This document shows positions 36,790-36,822 of a DNA stretch of 36,822 bases, in pieces. Source of the stretch: Octopus bimaculoides. Lineage: Eukaryota. Under the pieces are notes generated by a model that was not told the DNA's origin, searched no databases, and saw only the letters and a program-made list of their open reading frames with translations. Made by a program: the position numbers and the translations under genes. The stretch is taken from positions 70,437,703 to 70,474,524 of the forward strand of contig NC_068986.1 in the NCBI RefSeq assembly GCF_001194135.2, read 5' to 3'. The stretch's first letter is position 1. Each line of letters begins with the position of its first letter.

Positions 36790-36822
<33 letters not shown>

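Noticed and set aside
1-36822. Prokaryotic-type systems (operons, CRISPR, defence islands) or horizontally acquired genes
   Set aside because: No dense ORF array, bacterial-like gene or spacer array is present. The architecture is that of an intron-rich animal genome.

Overview
AT-rich, microsatellite- and repeat-laden animal genomic DNA from a gapped draft assembly (six N-runs). It is not prokaryotic. The SINE and RTE-LINE families look like those I recall from Octopus, but I could not verify this. (1) A + strand intron-containing gene of unknown function has one clear 1,240-nt exon (3556-4795) encoding a low-complexity S/E/K/N-rich segment. It is followed by a by-eye, phase-consistent chain of small candidate exons (15-99 nt) out to about 17.1 kb. 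(2) A sharply CpG-retaining island (about 25.9-28.7 kb) holds a 206-aa ORF (26784-27404), two small upstream exons and a 113-bp palindrome. It could be a separate, possibly nested, gene or the terminal exon of gene 1. (3) The rest is decayed mobile DNA: tRNA-derived SINEs, RTE, CR1-like and Penelope-like retroelement fragments, a maT/Tc1-mariner remnant and local duplications. Most ORFs in the supplied track are microsatellite, gap or antisense-TE artefacts. I found no RNA gene, CRISPR array or recognisable named gene, and no clear-cut novel system. The best leads are the CpG-island gene, the small-exon chain and the hairpin. All counts and alignments were done by eye.
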